Source: Geopsychrobacteraceae bacterium (GTDB taxonomy: Bacteria; Desulfobacterota; Desulfuromonadia; Desulfuromonadales; Geopsychrobacteraceae). From it: 64,000 bases of DNA. Below the pieces are notes generated by a model, which saw only the letters and a list, made by a program, of their open reading frames with translations, was not told the origin of the DNA and searched no databases. The translations under genes and the position numbers were made by a program. This document shows, in pieces, positions 28,388 to 39,700 of this stretch (positions are counted from its first letter, which is position 1; the number at the start of each line of letters is the position of its first letter). The stretch lies in assembly GCA_963676795.2 (NCBI GenBank), contig CAXXTB010000001.1:1152001-1216000 (forward strand), read 5' to 3'.

Positions 28388-29803
28388 TCAGCCGTGGATC
28401 GCTTCCTTGTTGACCGCCAGGGCCGCTTCCTTGAAGGCTTCGGCGAGGGTCGGATGGGCATGACAGGTGACGGCCAGATCATGGACACTGCCGGAGAAGG
28501 ACAGCACGGCAGTTGCTTCGGCGATCAGCTCCGAGGCGGTCGGGCCGATGATATGCACGCCGAGCAGGCGGCCACTGTCGGGGGTGGCCAGCACCTTGAC
28601 AAACCCTTCGCTCATACCTGAGGCCAGGGCGCGGCCATTGGCGGCGAAGAAGAATTTACCCGCTTTGTAGGCGGTTCCGGCTTCTTTGAGTTCTTCCTCG
28701 GTCTTGCCGACCGCAGCGGCTTCAGGCCAGGTGTAGGTGACCCCCGGAATGATGTCGTAGTTGATGGCTGACTTGTGACCGGCCAGGCGCTCGGCGAAGG
28801 CAACCCCTTCTTCGCTGGCTTTGTGAGCCAGCATCGGACCCGGCACCAGGTCGCCAATGGCGTAGATGCCGGGAACCTTTGTCTGGTAGTTGACGTCGAC
28901 TTCGAGCTGCCCCTGCCTGTTGGTTTCGAGTCCGACGGCATCGAGGCCAAGACCGGCGGTGGACGCGCGGCGTCCGGTGGCGACCAGTACCTTGTCGCAG
29001 ACGAGAGTCTGTTCCCCTTTTTCGCTGCTTAAGGTCGCGCTGATAACGTTTTTCTCGATAGCGATCTTTTCCAGCCGGGTTTTGAGCAGGATCTCGATTC
29101 CCTGCTTCTTCAGGCTGCGTTGCAGGGTCTGGGCGATCTGGCCATCCATTGCCGGCAGAATCTGCGGCAGCATCTCGACAACCGTGACCTCGGCACCGAG
29201 GCGACTCCAGACCGAACTCATCTCCAGGCCAATGACGCCGCCGCCGACCACCAGCAGGCGTTTCGGTACGGCATCGAGGCTTAAGGCATCGCGGGCATTG
29301 ATGACGTTCTTGCCGTCAAACGGCAGGTGGGGCAGTTCGAAGGCTTCACTGCCGGTCGCCAGCAGGATGCTTTTCGCCGCCATTTCTGTTTCCCCTTCAG
29401 GGCCGCTGACCCGGACCTTGCGCAGCTCGCCGTCAGGCGGCAGCAGGCTGGCGGTGCCGGTGATTGCATCGATCTTGTTCTTTTTGAACAGGGCGGCGAT
29501 GCCGCCGGTCAGTTTGGTGATGATCTCTTCCTTGCGCGCCATCATCTTGTTCAGGTTCAGCTTGGCGCCGGTGATCTCGATTCCGTGATCGGCCAGTTCA
29601 TGCTGAACCCGGGCGTAATTTTCGCTCGACTCCAGCAGCGCCTTGCTCGGAATACAGCCTTCGTTCAGACAGACGCCGCCTAAGCTGGCGCGCTTTTCAA
29701 CCACGGCGACGGAAAAACCGAGCTGAGAGGCGCGAATCGCAGCGACGTAGCCGCCAGGTCCGGCACCGATGACGATCAGGTCGTAGATTTTATCAGACAT
29801 CAT
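28388..29803 (-). CDS. lpdA: Dihydrolipoyl dehydrogenase (E3)
   Basis: GAGPGGYVAA, GGVCLNEGCIPSK, HAHPTLAEA. Confidence 0.97.
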   Translation of the reverse strand: MMSDKIYDLIVIGAGPGGYVAAIRASQLGFSVAVVEKRASLGGVCLNEGCIPSKALLESSENYARVQHELADHGIEITGAKLNLNKMMARKEEIITKLTGGIAALFKKNKIDAITGTASLLPPDGELRKVRVSGPEGETEMAAKSILLATGSEAFELPHLPFDGKNVINARDALSLDAVPKRLLVVGGGVIGLEMSSVWSRLGAEVTVVEMLPQILPAMDGQIAQTLQRSLKKQGIEILLKTRLEKIAIEKNVISATLSSEKGEQTLVCDKVLVATGRRASTAGLGLDAVGLETNRQGQLEVDVNYQTKVPGIYAIGDLVPGPMLAHKASEEGVAFAERLAGHKSAINYDIIPGVTYTWPEAAAVGKTEEELKEAGTAYKAGKFFFAANGRALASGMSEGFVKVLATPDSGRLLGVHIIGPTASELIAEATAVLSFSGSVHDLAVTCHAHPTLAEAFKEAALAVNKEAIHG

Positions 29804-29939
29804 CTCTCCTCTTGATGGATCATTATGTGAAAGATTGAAACGGGTTTTTATCAAAACTCAGCGTTGCTGAGTTTTTCCGGTTCTGCCCGTTTGAGGAGCC
29901 CGCTCCTCAAACGGACAGAACTGAATTATTCGTAGTCGT

Positions 29940-31166
29940 TCAGAGTTTCAATAACAGGGTTTCCGGATCGTCGATATAGGTCTTGATCTGTTTGAGAAAA
30001 CCGACCGCCTGTTGGCCGTCGATGATCCGGTGATCATAGCTCAAGGCCAGGTTCATCATCGGCCGGATGACCACTTCGCCATTACGGGCAACAGGACGGT
30101 CGACGATGGCGTGCATGCCGAGGATCGCACTCTGCGGCGGATTGAGGATCGGGGTCGAGAGCAGGGACCCGTAGACGCCGCCGTTGCTGATGGTGAAGGT
30201 GCCGCCTTCCAGTTCATCGAGGGTCAACTTGCCGGCCTGGGCGCGCTTGGCGAAGTCGGCGATAGTCGCTTCGATTTCATGGAAACTGAGCAGGTTGGCG
30301 TTGCGGATGACCGGAACCACCAGGCCGCGCTTGCTGCCGACGGCGACCCCGATGTCGATGTAGTTGTGGTAGATCATGTCGTTGCCGTCGATGCTGGCGT
30401 TGACCTCCGGGTAGAGCTCTAGGGCAGAGGCGGCTGCCTTGACGAAGAATGACATGAAGCCGAGGTTGATGCCGTGACGCTCCTTGAAGGCCTCTTTGTA
30501 GCTGGCGCGGATGTCCTTGGTCTTGCTCATGTCGGTCTCGTTGAAGGTCGTCAGCATGGCCGTCTCCTGCTTGGCCTTGAGCAGGTGCTCAGCGATCTTC
30601 TTGCGGATCTGACTCATCGGCATGCGCTTGATCCGTTCACCGTTGCCGGCCGCAGGGGCTGCTGGCTTGACCGCCGGGGCAGGTGCGGCCGCTTTGGGCG
30701 CAGCGGCCTGAACCGGCGCCTGGGCCGGAATGTCGTCGACCAGAATGCGTCCGTCACGGCCGCTGCCGGTGAGGCTTGCCGGGTCGATGCCGCGTTCGGC
30801 GGCGATCTTCGGCACCGCCGGGTTCATCGGCGCATCCCCCTTGGCAGGCGCAGCCGGAGCCGATTCCGCTTGGGCTGCTGAGGCCGGTGCTGGCTGGGCT
30901 TTTTCTTCCGGGGCCGTAACTTCTGCCGGTTTTACCGCGCTTTCGTCGATCTGGCCGATGGTCGCGCCGATGGCGACAACGTCACCGGTCTGGGCCATGA
31001 TCTTCAGGACACCTGAGGCTTCAGCGATGATTTCGACATTGACCTTTTCTGTCTCCAGCTCCATCAGCAGCTCGTCTTTTTCGACGTACTCGCCATCTTT
31101 TTTGAACCACTCACCGATGGCCGCTTCAACGATCGATTCGCCGACCTGGGGAACAATAATCTCCAT
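29940..31166 (-). CDS. sucB: 2-oxoglutarate dehydrogenase E2 (dihydrolipoyl succinyltransferase)
   Basis: Lipoyl motif [24 protein letters not shown]. Confidence 0.97.
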   Translation of the reverse strand: MEIIVPQVGESIVEAAIGEWFKKDGEYVEKDELLMELETEKVNVEIIAEASGVLKIMAQTGDVVAIGATIGQIDESAVKPAEVTAPEEKAQPAPASAAQAESAPAAPAKGDAPMNPAVPKIAAERGIDPASLTGSGRDGRILVDDIPAQAPVQAAAPKAAAPAPAVKPAAPAAGNGERIKRMPMSQIRKKIAEHLLKAKQETAMLTTFNETDMSKTKDIRASYKEAFKERHGINLGFMSFFVKAAASALELYPEVNASIDGNDMIYHNYIDIGVAVGSKRGLVVPVIRNANLLSFHEIEATIADFAKRAQAGKLTLDELEGGTFTISNGGVYGSLLSTPILNPPQSAILGMHAIVDRPVARNGEVVIRPMMNLALSYDHRIIDGQQAVGFLKQIKTYIDDPETLLLKL

Positions 31167-31191
31167 AATGACAACCTCTCAAAGATAAATT

Positions 31192-33885
31192 TTATGACAA
31201 TGGGGCAAAGGCTTGATCAAGAATCTGCTGCTGCTCGATCTTGTGGATCCGGTGCGAGCCGACGGCGGTACTTGCCGAGCGTTTACGCCCGACGTAGACC
31301 GGCTCCTTGCCGAGCAGTTCGCGTAGCTGCGGACGCAGGTGGTCCCAGCCGCCGCCGTTGCCGATCTCTTCCTGAACCCAGAAATACTCGGTCGACTTGC
31401 GGTAAGGCGCGACAATCTGCTTGAGCAGCTCAGCATGCAGTGGAAAGAGTTGCTCGATACGGACGATCGCCACATCGCTGCGGCCAAGGTCACTGCGCTG
31501 CTGGAGCAGTTCGAAGTAGATCTTGCCACTGCAGAACAGGATCCGTTTGCAGTCTTTCGGGTTGAGATCGTCGGCGATGATCTCCTGGAACGAGCCGCTG
31601 GTCAGCTCGGCGACCCTGGAGGAACAGGCCGGATGACGTAGCATCGCTTTCGGGGTTGCGACGATCAGCGGCCGGCGGTAGCTGGAGCGGACCTGGCGGC
31701 GCAGCAGGTGGAACAGCTGGGCCGGGGTGCTCGGGTTGACGACCAGCATGTTGTTGTCGGCGCAGAGTTGCAGGTAGCGTTCGATACGGGCGCTGGAATG
31801 TTCAGGCCCCTGTCCTTCGTAGCCGTGGGGCAGAAACATGGCCAGGCCGGTCGGTCGGTCCCACTTGGCCAGCGAACTGGCGATGAACTGATCGATGATC
31901 ACCTGGGCACCGTTGGCGAAATCGCCAAACTGGGCTTCCCAGATGGTCAGGTCGTCGGGGGTCTCGACCGAATAGCCGTAATCGAAACCTAAGACCGCCG
32001 CTTCCGAGAGCATCGAGTTGAACACATCAAAACGGCTGCCTGCTGCTGCGGCAATACTCTGCAGCGGGGTGTATTCATGGGCCGTCTGGGTATCGTAGAG
32101 GGTTGCGTGGCGGTGGTTGAAGGTGCCGCGCCGTGAATCCTGACCGGAGAGGCGGATCGAGGTCCCCTCAAAGACCAGGCTGGCGAAGGCGAGAGCCTCG
32201 CCGGTGCCCCAGTCGATGCCGCTGTCTTCATTGACCGATGCCAGGCGTTTTTTGAGCAGGGCATCGATCTTGCGATGGGCATTGAAATCCTCCGGGATGG
32301 TCGTCAGCCGGGTGATCAGCTCTTCAACCGTCTCTTTGGCGATACCTGTTTCTACCGGAGCGAAGCTGAATTCACGCTTGATGTGCGACCACTGCTTGAG
32401 GAAGATTTCGTGCAGCGGGCAGACCTCCCGCTCCAGGGCGCTCTCGAGCAGGTTGTCGACATCGTCTTCAATCTTGAGCAGTTCATCCTTGGCGAACCCT
32501 TCCATCAGCAGCTGGCTCTTGTAGATGTCGGCGGTCGGCGGATGGTTCTTGATCTTTTCGTACATCAGCGGTTGGGTGAAGAACGGTTCGTCCCCCTCGT
32601 TGTGGCCGTGACGCCGGTAGCAGATCACCTCGATGACGACATCCTTGCGGAACTGCTGACGATATTCCAGCGCCATGGTCGCCGCCTGGAGCAGTGCTTC
32701 CGGATCGTCGCCATGGACATGGAAGATCGGCGCGCCGAGCATCTTGGCGATATCGGTCGGGTAGCAGGTTGATCGGGCATCGACCGGCATGGTGGTGAAA
32801 CCGATCTGGTTGTTGATGACCAGATGCAGGGTGCCGCCGGTCTTGTAACCGGCCAGCTGCGAGAGGTTGAGGCACTCGGCGACCATCCCCTGACCGGCAA
32901 AGGCGGCGTCGCCGTGAATCAGCAATGGCAGAACGAGCTGCTCGCTGTCCCCCTCGATCCGGTCGATGCGGGCGCGACACTTGCCTTCGACAACCGGGTT
33001 GACCGCTTCGAGGTGGCTCGGATTGGAGGCGAGCGAGATATGCACCGAAGTTCCGTCCGGGTAATAGCGGTCGTTGGAATAGCCCTTGTGGTACTTGACG
33101 TCCCCTTCACCGACGATGTGATAGCGTTCGTTGTCGGCAAATTCGGCGAACATGTTCTCCAGCGGTTTGCGGAAGATGTTGGCCAGGACATTCAGGCGGC
33201 CGCGGTGGGCCATGCCGATGACCACATGCTGGAGCTCAAGGGCTGCCGACTGTTCGATGATATGCTCGAGCAGCGGAATGACCGATTCGCCCCCCTCCAG
33301 GGAGAAGCGTTTCTGGCCGATGAACTTGCGGTGCAGGAAGGTTTCGAACTTGGTCGCGCGCTGCAGCATGGTCAGGATCTCGAGCTTCTTGTCGCGGCTG
33401 AATTGGCTCTTGCTGCGGGTCTCTTCAGCCCTCTGCTGCAACCACTGACGTTCGGCCGGAATGGAGATATGCATGTATTCCATCCCCAGCGAGCGGCAGT
33501 AAGTCTGTTTGAGGACATCGATGATGTCCTTGAGCGGCGCCTCATCGAGAATAAAATCGGCTGGCGCAAAGCTGCGGCTCAGGTCGCTTTCCTCCAGTCC
33601 GAACTCGCTGATCCGGAACAGCGGGTGGTCCAGTTCGCAGGGGGTCAACGGATCGACACAGGCATAGATATGGCCGAGCTCGCGGTAACGGCGGATCATC
33701 GACTGGACAGCCGCCGGTTTCGGGTCGGCACTTAGCGACGGGGTGCTTCCCAGGCCGAGTTCGTAGCCCTTGAAAAAGGCCTGCCACTCTTCAGTCACCT
33801 GCTGCGGATCTTCCCTGTAGAGTTGATACTGGTTTTCCAGCCACTGGGGACTGACATGTTCGACAATGCTCATTTCACGACTCAC
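31192..33885 (-). CDS. sucA: 2-oxoglutarate dehydrogenase E1
   Basis: KRFSLEG, GMAHRGRLN, HGDAAFAGQG, WEAQFGDF, EHSSARIERY. Confidence 0.98.
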   Translation of the reverse strand: MSREMSIVEHVSPQWLENQYQLYREDPQQVTEEWQAFFKGYELGLGSTPSLSADPKPAAVQSMIRRYRELGHIYACVDPLTPCELDHPLFRISEFGLEESDLSRSFAPADFILDEAPLKDIIDVLKQTYCRSLGMEYMHISIPAERQWLQQRAEETRSKSQFSRDKKLEILTMLQRATKFETFLHRKFIGQKRFSLEGGESVIPLLEHIIEQSAALELQHVVIGMAHRGRLNVLANIFRKPLENMFAEFADNERYHIVGEGDVKYHKGYSNDRYYPDGTSVHISLASNPSHLEAVNPVVEGKCRARIDRIEGDSEQLVLPLLIHGDAAFAGQGMVAECLNLSQLAGYKTGGTLHLVINNQIGFTTMPVDARSTCYPTDIAKMLGAPIFHVHGDDPEALLQAATMALEYRQQFRKDVVIEVICYRRHGHNEGDEPFFTQPLMYEKIKNHPPTADIYKSQLLMEGFAKDELLKIEDDVDNLLESALEREVCPLHEIFLKQWSHIKREFSFAPVETGIAKETVEELITRLTTIPEDFNAHRKIDALLKKRLASVNEDSGIDWGTGEALAFASLVFEGTSIRLSGQDSRRGTFNHRHATLYDTQTAHEYTPLQSIAAAAGSRFDVFNSMLSEAAVLGFDYGYSVETPDDLTIWEAQFGDFANGAQVIIDQFIASSLAKWDRPTGLAMFLPHGYEGQGPEHSSARIERYLQLCADNNMLVVNPSTPAQLFHLLRRQVRSSYRRPLIVATPKAMLRHPACSSRVAELTSGSFQEIIADDLNPKDCKRILFCSGKIYFELLQQRSDLGRSDVAIVRIEQLFPLHAELLKQIVAPYRKSTEYFWVQEEIGNGGGWDHLRPQLRELLGKEPVYVGRKRSASTAVGSHRIHKIEQQQILDQAFAPLS

Positions 33886-34099
33886 ATTCGTCTATAGGTC
33901 ACAGGTTGAGACGGTTAAATTAAATATATGGATCTGAAAGAGTATAGAGCAGGCGGATTTTTGCTGCAATCCAATGTGGGCAACAATGATAGAAATATGA
34001 CAAAAATTATCAAAAATTAGAAATAGTAAATATCTTGTTGACAGAAGAGCCACCGGTTTGTTACCTTCACACTTAGATCATTGTCTGAAAGGGGAACTT

Positions 34100-34282
34100 A
34101 TGGACGTATCCAATTCAATGGATTCGGCTGCTCTCTACGATTCTACGCTCAAAAAAGCCGCTGGTTACGATGTCTTTACCAGGACAACCGAGAAAACCAA
34201 GCAGATGGAAGAAAATGAGCAGATGCGTTTGCAGATTGCGGAACAGACAGGTAAAGGTCTCAATCTCGATGTGACCGCCTGA
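34100..34282 (+). CDS. Small hypothetical protein (60 aa), C-terminal GKGLNLDVTA
   Basis: RBS AAAGGGG; followed by a terminator. Confidence 0.7.
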   Translation: MDVSNSMDSAALYDSTLKKAAGYDVFTRTTEKTKQMEENEQMRLQIAEQTGKGLNLDVTA

Positions 34283-34307
34283 CTATTGGTATTTTAAATA
34301 GATGATT

Positions 34308-34343
34308 AAACCCTGTGCTTCGCACCAAAGCACAGGGTTTTTT
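34308..34343. terminator. Intrinsic terminator between convergent genes
   Basis: AAACCCTGTGCTT...AAGCACAGGGTTTTTT. Confidence 0.8.
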
Positions 34344-34347
34344 GTTT

Positions 34348-36042
34348 TTAGCCGGGCTGGGTGCTGAGGCTGGTCAAACAGCTTTGTACCGGGGAAAAAT
34401 ATTGCAGCATCCGGTGCATCTGTTCTGCCTGGCTTGACAGCTCTTCAGCTGCAGCAGCACTTTCTTCTGCGCTTGCCGTATTCTTCTGTGATGCCTCGTC
34501 GATGCGCGTCAGACCCTGACTGATCTGGGCTATGCCCTGTGACTGTTCCTGCGAGGCATCGGATATCTCTCTGACCAGATCGGTGACCTGACTGATCCCG
34601 GCGACAATGTTATTGAAGGCCTGTGATGACCGGTTGGCCAGATCGGTTCCCTGGAGAATTCGTCCGCTGGACAATTTGGTGATTTCGCTTGTCTCTGCCG
34701 CAGCTTTGGCGCTTCTCATTGCCAGCTTGCGCACTTCCTCTGCGACGACGGCGAAGCCCTTGCCATGTTGGCCGGCCCGCGCTGCTTCTACGGCCGCGTT
34801 CAGAGCCAGCAGGTTGGTCTGAAATGCGATGTCGTTTATAACACTGGTGATCTTTTCAATGTTCTGACTGTCGTTTTTGATTTCATCGATTGCTGAAACC
34901 ATCGACTGAATCTGTTCATGGCCTGTTGCTGCATGGTTCTGGACCTGGTTGACGAGTATTCGGGCTCTGTTGGAATTGTCCGAATTGGCTTTGATCTGAG
35001 ACGCGATCTGTTGAACTGCGGCGGTCATTTCCTCAAGGGTACTCGCCTGCTCGGTTGCACTTTGTGACAGGTTCTGGCTGATTTCCGAAACCTGAGAGCT
35101 TCCTGAGGCAATCTGTCTACCGGCATTCTGCATCTGGCCGACCATGTTACTGAGGGTCATATTGGCTTTCTCCAGCGGTGTGCGTATGACTCCCTGAGCT
35201 TTAAAGGTCAGGTTTCCCGAGGCGATAGAATTGAATGCAGCGACCACTTCATCGCGCAAATTGTCTGCAAAACGGTTTAGGGTCTGGGCCAGGACACCGA
35301 CCTCGTCCTGGTGTTTGATGCAGACCCGGCGCTCAAGATCGCCCTGTTCGAGGCTGTTGATCATACCGACAGTCTGTTGCAGAGGTTTGGCAATGGAGCG
35401 GATCAGGCTGTAACCGAGGATAACAACGACAATGCTGAGGATGGCGCAGAGGATGACCGCTCCCGATTCCAGCGATTTCGACATGTCCTGTAAGGACTGC
35501 AGCGAAAGGGTCAAGCCTTCTGTCTGCTGGTTGATGAATGGAGTCAGGGCTTCGGCCAGAGAGGAGGCAGCTGCATCGAATTCTGCCATGTGCGGATTTC
35601 CTCCCGCCGGACCGCCATTGATGTAGGCCTGGGCCATTGTGATCCCGGTCGTGTAGTAGGAGAGGACCCGCTGGCGCAAGTTACTGACAGCTTGCAGGCC
35701 TGTCCGATCACCAGTGTTGTGATAGAGCTGTTCAAAACGCGTTAGCCCTGAGAGAAAGGAGTTGTAACTGGCTTCGGCTTCAGCAAAGCCCTCGTCGAGG
35801 CCGTCCTTTGCCCGTGTCGCCGAAATGTCTGTCAACCACTGTTGAATCTGGATGACATTGAGAGCCATCTCAGATGCGAGAAAGGCGAAAGGCTGATTGA
35901 CGGTCAAAATCTGTTCGCCGCTTTCATAGACCTGTTTGCTGAAACGGTATGTCCAGGTGCCAAAAAAGATTGTCAGCAGGAGAAGAGCGATAAAGCTCAG
36001 GGAGATCTTTTTGGCAATAGACAAGTTCATCAGGTAAGACAT
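34348..36042 (-). CDS. Methyl-accepting chemotaxis protein
   Basis: Two TM segments, [38 protein letters not shown]; start at MSYLM with RBS AAGGAG. Confidence 0.95.
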   Translation of the reverse strand: MSYLMNLSIAKKISLSFIALLLLTIFFGTWTYRFSKQVYESGEQILTVNQPFAFLASEMALNVIQIQQWLTDISATRAKDGLDEGFAEAEASYNSFLSGLTRFEQLYHNTGDRTGLQAVSNLRQRVLSYYTTGITMAQAYINGGPAGGNPHMAEFDAAASSLAEALTPFINQQTEGLTLSLQSLQDMSKSLESGAVILCAILSIVVVILGYSLIRSIAKPLQQTVGMINSLEQGDLERRVCIKHQDEVGVLAQTLNRFADNLRDEVVAAFNSIASGNLTFKAQGVIRTPLEKANMTLSNMVGQMQNAGRQIASGSSQVSEISQNLSQSATEQASTLEEMTAAVQQIASQIKANSDNSNRARILVNQVQNHAATGHEQIQSMVSAIDEIKNDSQNIEKITSVINDIAFQTNLLALNAAVEAARAGQHGKGFAVVAEEVRKLAMRSAKAAAETSEITKLSSGRILQGTDLANRSSQAFNNIVAGISQVTDLVREISDASQEQSQGIAQISQGLTRIDEASQKNTASAEESAAAAEELSSQAEQMHRMLQYFSPVQSCLTSLSTQPG

Positions 36043-36190
36043 GTTGCCCTCCTTGGTTCGAGACTTGTTCTGTGTTGCCGTAAAAAATTTGGAGAAGAAA
36101 AGGTCGCAGAAAACAGTTTCTGCGACCTTGGGGATTTGAGTCAAGATCTGTTAGGAATAATTATTATCAGGCGGACTGTTCGTCCGTTGT

Positions 36191-37057
36191 TTATTTCTGG
36201 CTGGAATTGAACTGTTCTTCGGCATGGTATGAAGAGCGAACCAGCGGGCCCGCTTCGACATGGTCGAAGCCGAGCGCTTTGCCTTTTTCGGCGTAAGCGG
36301 CAAATTCCTCAGGTGTGACATAGCGCTGGACCGGGTAGTGCTGGCGGGTCGGCGCCAGGTACTGGCCGAGGGTCAGCAGCCGGCAGTGGTGATCACGCAG
36401 GTCCTCCATGACATGCAGGACCTCGGCTTCGGTCTCGCCCATGCCGAGCATCAGTCCCGATTTGGTGACGATCTCCGGGTGGCGTCTGTGGACTTCGGCG
36501 ATCAGTTCCAGCGAGCGTTCATAGACGGCTTCGGGACGAACTTCCGGGTAGAGACGCGGTACCGTTTCGGTATTGTGGCCGAGGATATTGGGCCCTGCGG
36601 CAAGGATGATTTCCAGTGAATCCCAGTCGCCCTGCAGGTCGGGGATCAGCAACTCGATCCGGCAGTCGCTGCGTCTGCGGATTTCTTCAATCAGGCTGGC
36701 AAAGTGGCTCGCCCCGCCATCGTGAAGGTCATCGCGGGTGACCGAGGTGATGACCGCGTGTTTCAACTCCAGTTCGGCAATCGCTTCGGCGACCTTGGCC
36801 GGTTCCTGCGGGTCGGGAGCGGGCAGGGCACCGCTGGTGACGTTGCAGAAGCGGCAGTGACGGCTGCACTGGTCGCCGAGGATCATGAAGGTCGCAGTTC
36901 CCTTGCTCCAGCATTCTCCCTGATTCGGACAGGCCGCGCTGCGGCAGACCGAATGAAGGCCGTGCTGACGGTGGAAGCGGTCGATTTTGGCGAAATGTTT
37001 GCCGGCCGGAAATTTAACCTTCAGCCAGTCCGGTTTACGTAATTTTTCAGTCGTCAT
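36191..37057 (-). CDS. lipA: Lipoyl synthase
   Basis: CRSAACPNQGEC plus CSRHCRFC; RSSYHA. Confidence 0.97.
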   Translation of the reverse strand: MTTEKLRKPDWLKVKFPAGKHFAKIDRFHRQHGLHSVCRSAACPNQGECWSKGTATFMILGDQCSRHCRFCNVTSGALPAPDPQEPAKVAEAIAELELKHAVITSVTRDDLHDGGASHFASLIEEIRRRSDCRIELLIPDLQGDWDSLEIILAAGPNILGHNTETVPRLYPEVRPEAVYERSLELIAEVHRRHPEIVTKSGLMLGMGETEAEVLHVMEDLRDHHCRLLTLGQYLAPTRQHYPVQRYVTPEEFAAYAEKGKALGFDHVEAGPLVRSSYHAEEQFNSSQK

Positions 37058-37104
37058 GGATCTGTTGTCCTGCTCTTGCGGCGGGGGTGAAGCTCTCTTG
37101 CAAA

Positions 37105-37157
37105 TAAAAAACCCGATTGTATCACCTGGATAGGTGAATGGTTACAATCGGGTTTTT
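37105..37157 (-). terminator. Terminator downstream of the rubredoxin gene
   Basis: AAAAACCCGATTGTA...TACAATCGGGTTTTT. Confidence 0.7.
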
Positions 37158-37179
37158 CGGTCCTGTCTGTCAATCGATT

Positions 37180-37338
37180 TTATGCAGGCTCGAAGTTGCT
37201 TTTGTCGACACCGCAGAGAGGGCAGACCCAATCCTCTGGCAGATCTTCAAATGCGGTTCCCGGATCGATGCCGCTATCCGGATCGCCAACTTCGGGGTCA
37301 TAGATATAGTCACAAACAACACAACGGTACTTTTGCAT
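37180..37338 (-). CDS. Rubredoxin (52 aa)
   Basis: Manual translation [64 protein letters not shown]. Confidence 0.97.
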   Translation of the reverse strand: MQKYRCVVCDYIYDPEVGDPDSGIDPGTAFEDLPEDWVCPLCGVDKSNFEPA

Positions 37339-37437
37339 CGGCTCCTCCTTCGAGAAAAATAAGATTGCTGGACGATACCAGAATTGGATATTGATTACAA
37401 CTCCGGTAACGATTCTTTCTCACTTTGGTTTGAGCGC

Positions 37438-38097
37438 TCAAACCATTGCCAACAGCTCCTTGACGGTCGCTTCGATACCCTCTGCTGCTTCGCTGATTCT
37501 CCCGGCCAGCATATAGGCCGGTGAGGTGATGATCTTGTTCTTTTTGTCGACCACGCACTCGCGGACCGGGCAGCTGATATGTTCTGCTCCCATACTGTTC
37601 AGGGCGCCGGCGGTTCCTTCATCGGTGCCGATGGTCAGCTGGGGAGAGAGCTTGTCCGCCCCCAGCACCTGAGCGAGGATCGCCGGAGCGATACAGACTG
37701 CCGCGATCGGTTTGTGGGACGTCGCCATCTCGCGGATCAGGCGGGCAACCTCCGGATTGACATTGCAGTCCGCGCCCTTGACGGCGAAGTTGCACAAATT
37801 TTTAGCTGCGCCAAAGCCGCCGGGAATCATCAGGGCATCGAGATCTCCGGCACTGACAGTTGCGATATCGGCGATATTGCCGCGGGCGATCCGGGCTGAT
37901 TCTTCGAGAACGTTACGGGTTTGCCCCTTGTCCTCCTCACCGGTCAGGTGATTGACAACATTGAGGTCAACGTTCGGTGCCATCATGACAATCTCTGCTC
38001 CGGCACGGTCGAGGGCGAGCAGGCTGATCACCGTTTCGTGAATTTCGCTGCCGTCGTAAACGCCGCAGCCGGCAAGGATAACTCCAACTTTAGCCAT
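37438..38097 (-). CDS. elbB: ElbB-like glyoxalase (DJ-1/PfpI family)
   Basis: GCGVYDGSEIHE, ESARIARG, PGGFGAAKNL, SPAYM. Confidence 0.92.
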   Translation of the reverse strand: MAKVGVILAGCGVYDGSEIHETVISLLALDRAGAEIVMMAPNVDLNVVNHLTGEEDKGQTRNVLEESARIARGNIADIATVSAGDLDALMIPGGFGAAKNLCNFAVKGADCNVNPEVARLIREMATSHKPIAAVCIAPAILAQVLGADKLSPQLTIGTDEGTAGALNSMGAEHISCPVRECVVDKKNKIITSPAYMLAGRISEAAEGIEATVKELLAMV

Positions 38098-38182
38098 GTT
38101 ATGCCTCCTGGAAAAAACGTCTGTTTACTCGGATAGGATTCAATAGTAACAAATTTGCCCTGTTCTGAAAGTCAGTTGTTTG

Positions 38183-38776
38183 TTAATTCCTCGGATAGAG
38201 GACGGCGATTCCGCGTGCCACCTGGCCGCCGACCGCTTTGAGGCAGTGGGGTTCCTTGGAATCCCAATAGACCGAATCCCCCTGCTCGAGAAGATATTTC
38301 TTGCCACCGTGCATCAGCTCAATGCTCCCTTCGAGGATATAGAAAAATTCCTCGCCAGGGTGCTGAACCGGGGTCGGCTGAACATCCGGATTCGGGTCGA
38401 ACTCCACCAGGAAGGGTTCCATGTGCTTGTGTTTTCGACCAAAAGCCAGTGAGTGATATGCGTACGGCTGGAGAGGCGCGTTGTGATCAGAGAGGCGCGG
38501 TTGCAGGCTCCCCTGGCCGGCTTTGACCACCTGACACTTCTGGCTGCTGTCATTCTCTTCAAAAAAGGTCTGCAGCGGAACCTTGAGCGCCTTGGCGATG
38601 CGCAGCAGGGTTGCCAGGGGGGGAATGACCTGGTCGTTTTCGATCTGTGACAGTAACGGTTTTGACAGCTCGGTCTCCTGAGACAGATCCTGCAGGGTCA
38701 ACCGCTGCTGCTGCCTGAAATGGCGGATAGTCCGGCCGATCTGCAGTTCTTTCACCTCTTCTCTGAATTCATCCAT
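38183..38776 (-). CDS. XRE-family HTH-cupin transcriptional regulator
   Basis: LTLQDLS...LSQIEN HTH; HPGEEF cupin. Confidence 0.9.
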   Translation of the reverse strand: MDEFREEVKELQIGRTIRHFRQQQRLTLQDLSQETELSKPLLSQIENDQVIPPLATLLRIAKALKVPLQTFFEENDSSQKCQVVKAGQGSLQPRLSDHNAPLQPYAYHSLAFGRKHKHMEPFLVEFDPNPDVQPTPVQHPGEEFFYILEGSIELMHGGKKYLLEQGDSVYWDSKEPHCLKAVGGQVARGIAVLYPRN

Positions 38777-38936
38777 AAGTGCTCCCTGGCTTGTTTAGTC
38801 CCACTAAACTTTTACCGACGAAAATTTGATTCGTCAAGCTTGAGCGCTCAGATAATGAGTTGGAAGGTCCGGGCCGCTGTGGTAGAAGTGAACGGGTATG
38901 AAGAGTTATGATGCAATTGAAGATCGGGACGAGAGC

Positions 38937-39674
38937 ATGACAACGCAGAATCGCAGGCCGCCTGTCAAGGCGGTTCTTTTTGATCTCGACGGCACACTGA
39001 TTCGGGCGCAGATGAATGAATTTGTTGTTCGTTACGTGGACAGCTTGGCCAACCGCTGTAAAGACTGGGTGAAACCGAAAAAATTTGCGCCGACCATGGG
39101 GCGGATCATTCATGAGCTGATCCATGTCACCGGTGACGGGATCGCGACCAACGAGCAGCGCTTTTTTAGCCGGATGAAGGCGGAAGTCGCCATCGAGGAG
39201 GAACCGCTGAGGGGGGCTCTCGACGATTTCATCAAGGACGGGCTGGCCGGACTTCAGGGGCTTGTCAGACCGATTCCACTGGCGGTCAGTATTGTCGATG
39301 AATTGAAAGGCATGGGCGTGCCGCTGGTACTGGCGACCAACCCGGTTTTTCCAAAAGTCATGGTCGAGGCGCGCATGGCCTGGGGCGAACTACAGACCGG
39401 TTCTTTCGTGCATATCAGCAGTATCGAAAACAGTTATTTCTGCAAGCCGCAGGCCGGGTATTTCACGGCGGTCGCGGAGATGCTCGGCCTTGAACCGCAG
39501 GAATGCCTGATGGTCGGCAATGACATCAATCATGACCTGGCTGCTGTCGCCGTGGGTATGCGAGCCTTTCTGGTCGATACCTGGGTCGTTGATCGCGGCG
39601 AACAGGAATGGCCCTATGATGAGCGCGGCGACCACAGCGCGCTGTTACGTTATCTCCGTCAGCAGCTGAGCTGA
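38937..39674 (+). CDS. HAD-family hydrolase
   Basis: FDLDGTL, ATNP, CKP, MVGND. Confidence 0.88.
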   Translation: MTTQNRRPPVKAVLFDLDGTLIRAQMNEFVVRYVDSLANRCKDWVKPKKFAPTMGRIIHELIHVTGDGIATNEQRFFSRMKAEVAIEEEPLRGALDDFIKDGLAGLQGLVRPIPLAVSIVDELKGMGVPLVLATNPVFPKVMVEARMAWGELQTGSFVHISSIENSYFCKPQAGYFTAVAEMLGLEPQECLMVGNDINHDLAAVAVGMRAFLVDTWVVDRGEQEWPYDERGDHSALLRYLRQQLS

Positions 39675-39700
39675 CGCGCGAATAGAAGAAGGTGGTAGCT

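Noticed and set aside
29855..29923. Two hairpins between sucB and lpdA
   Set aside because: They are ordinary intercistronic stem-loops. The short GTTCTGCCCGTT match to the repeat arm is too brief to call another copy.
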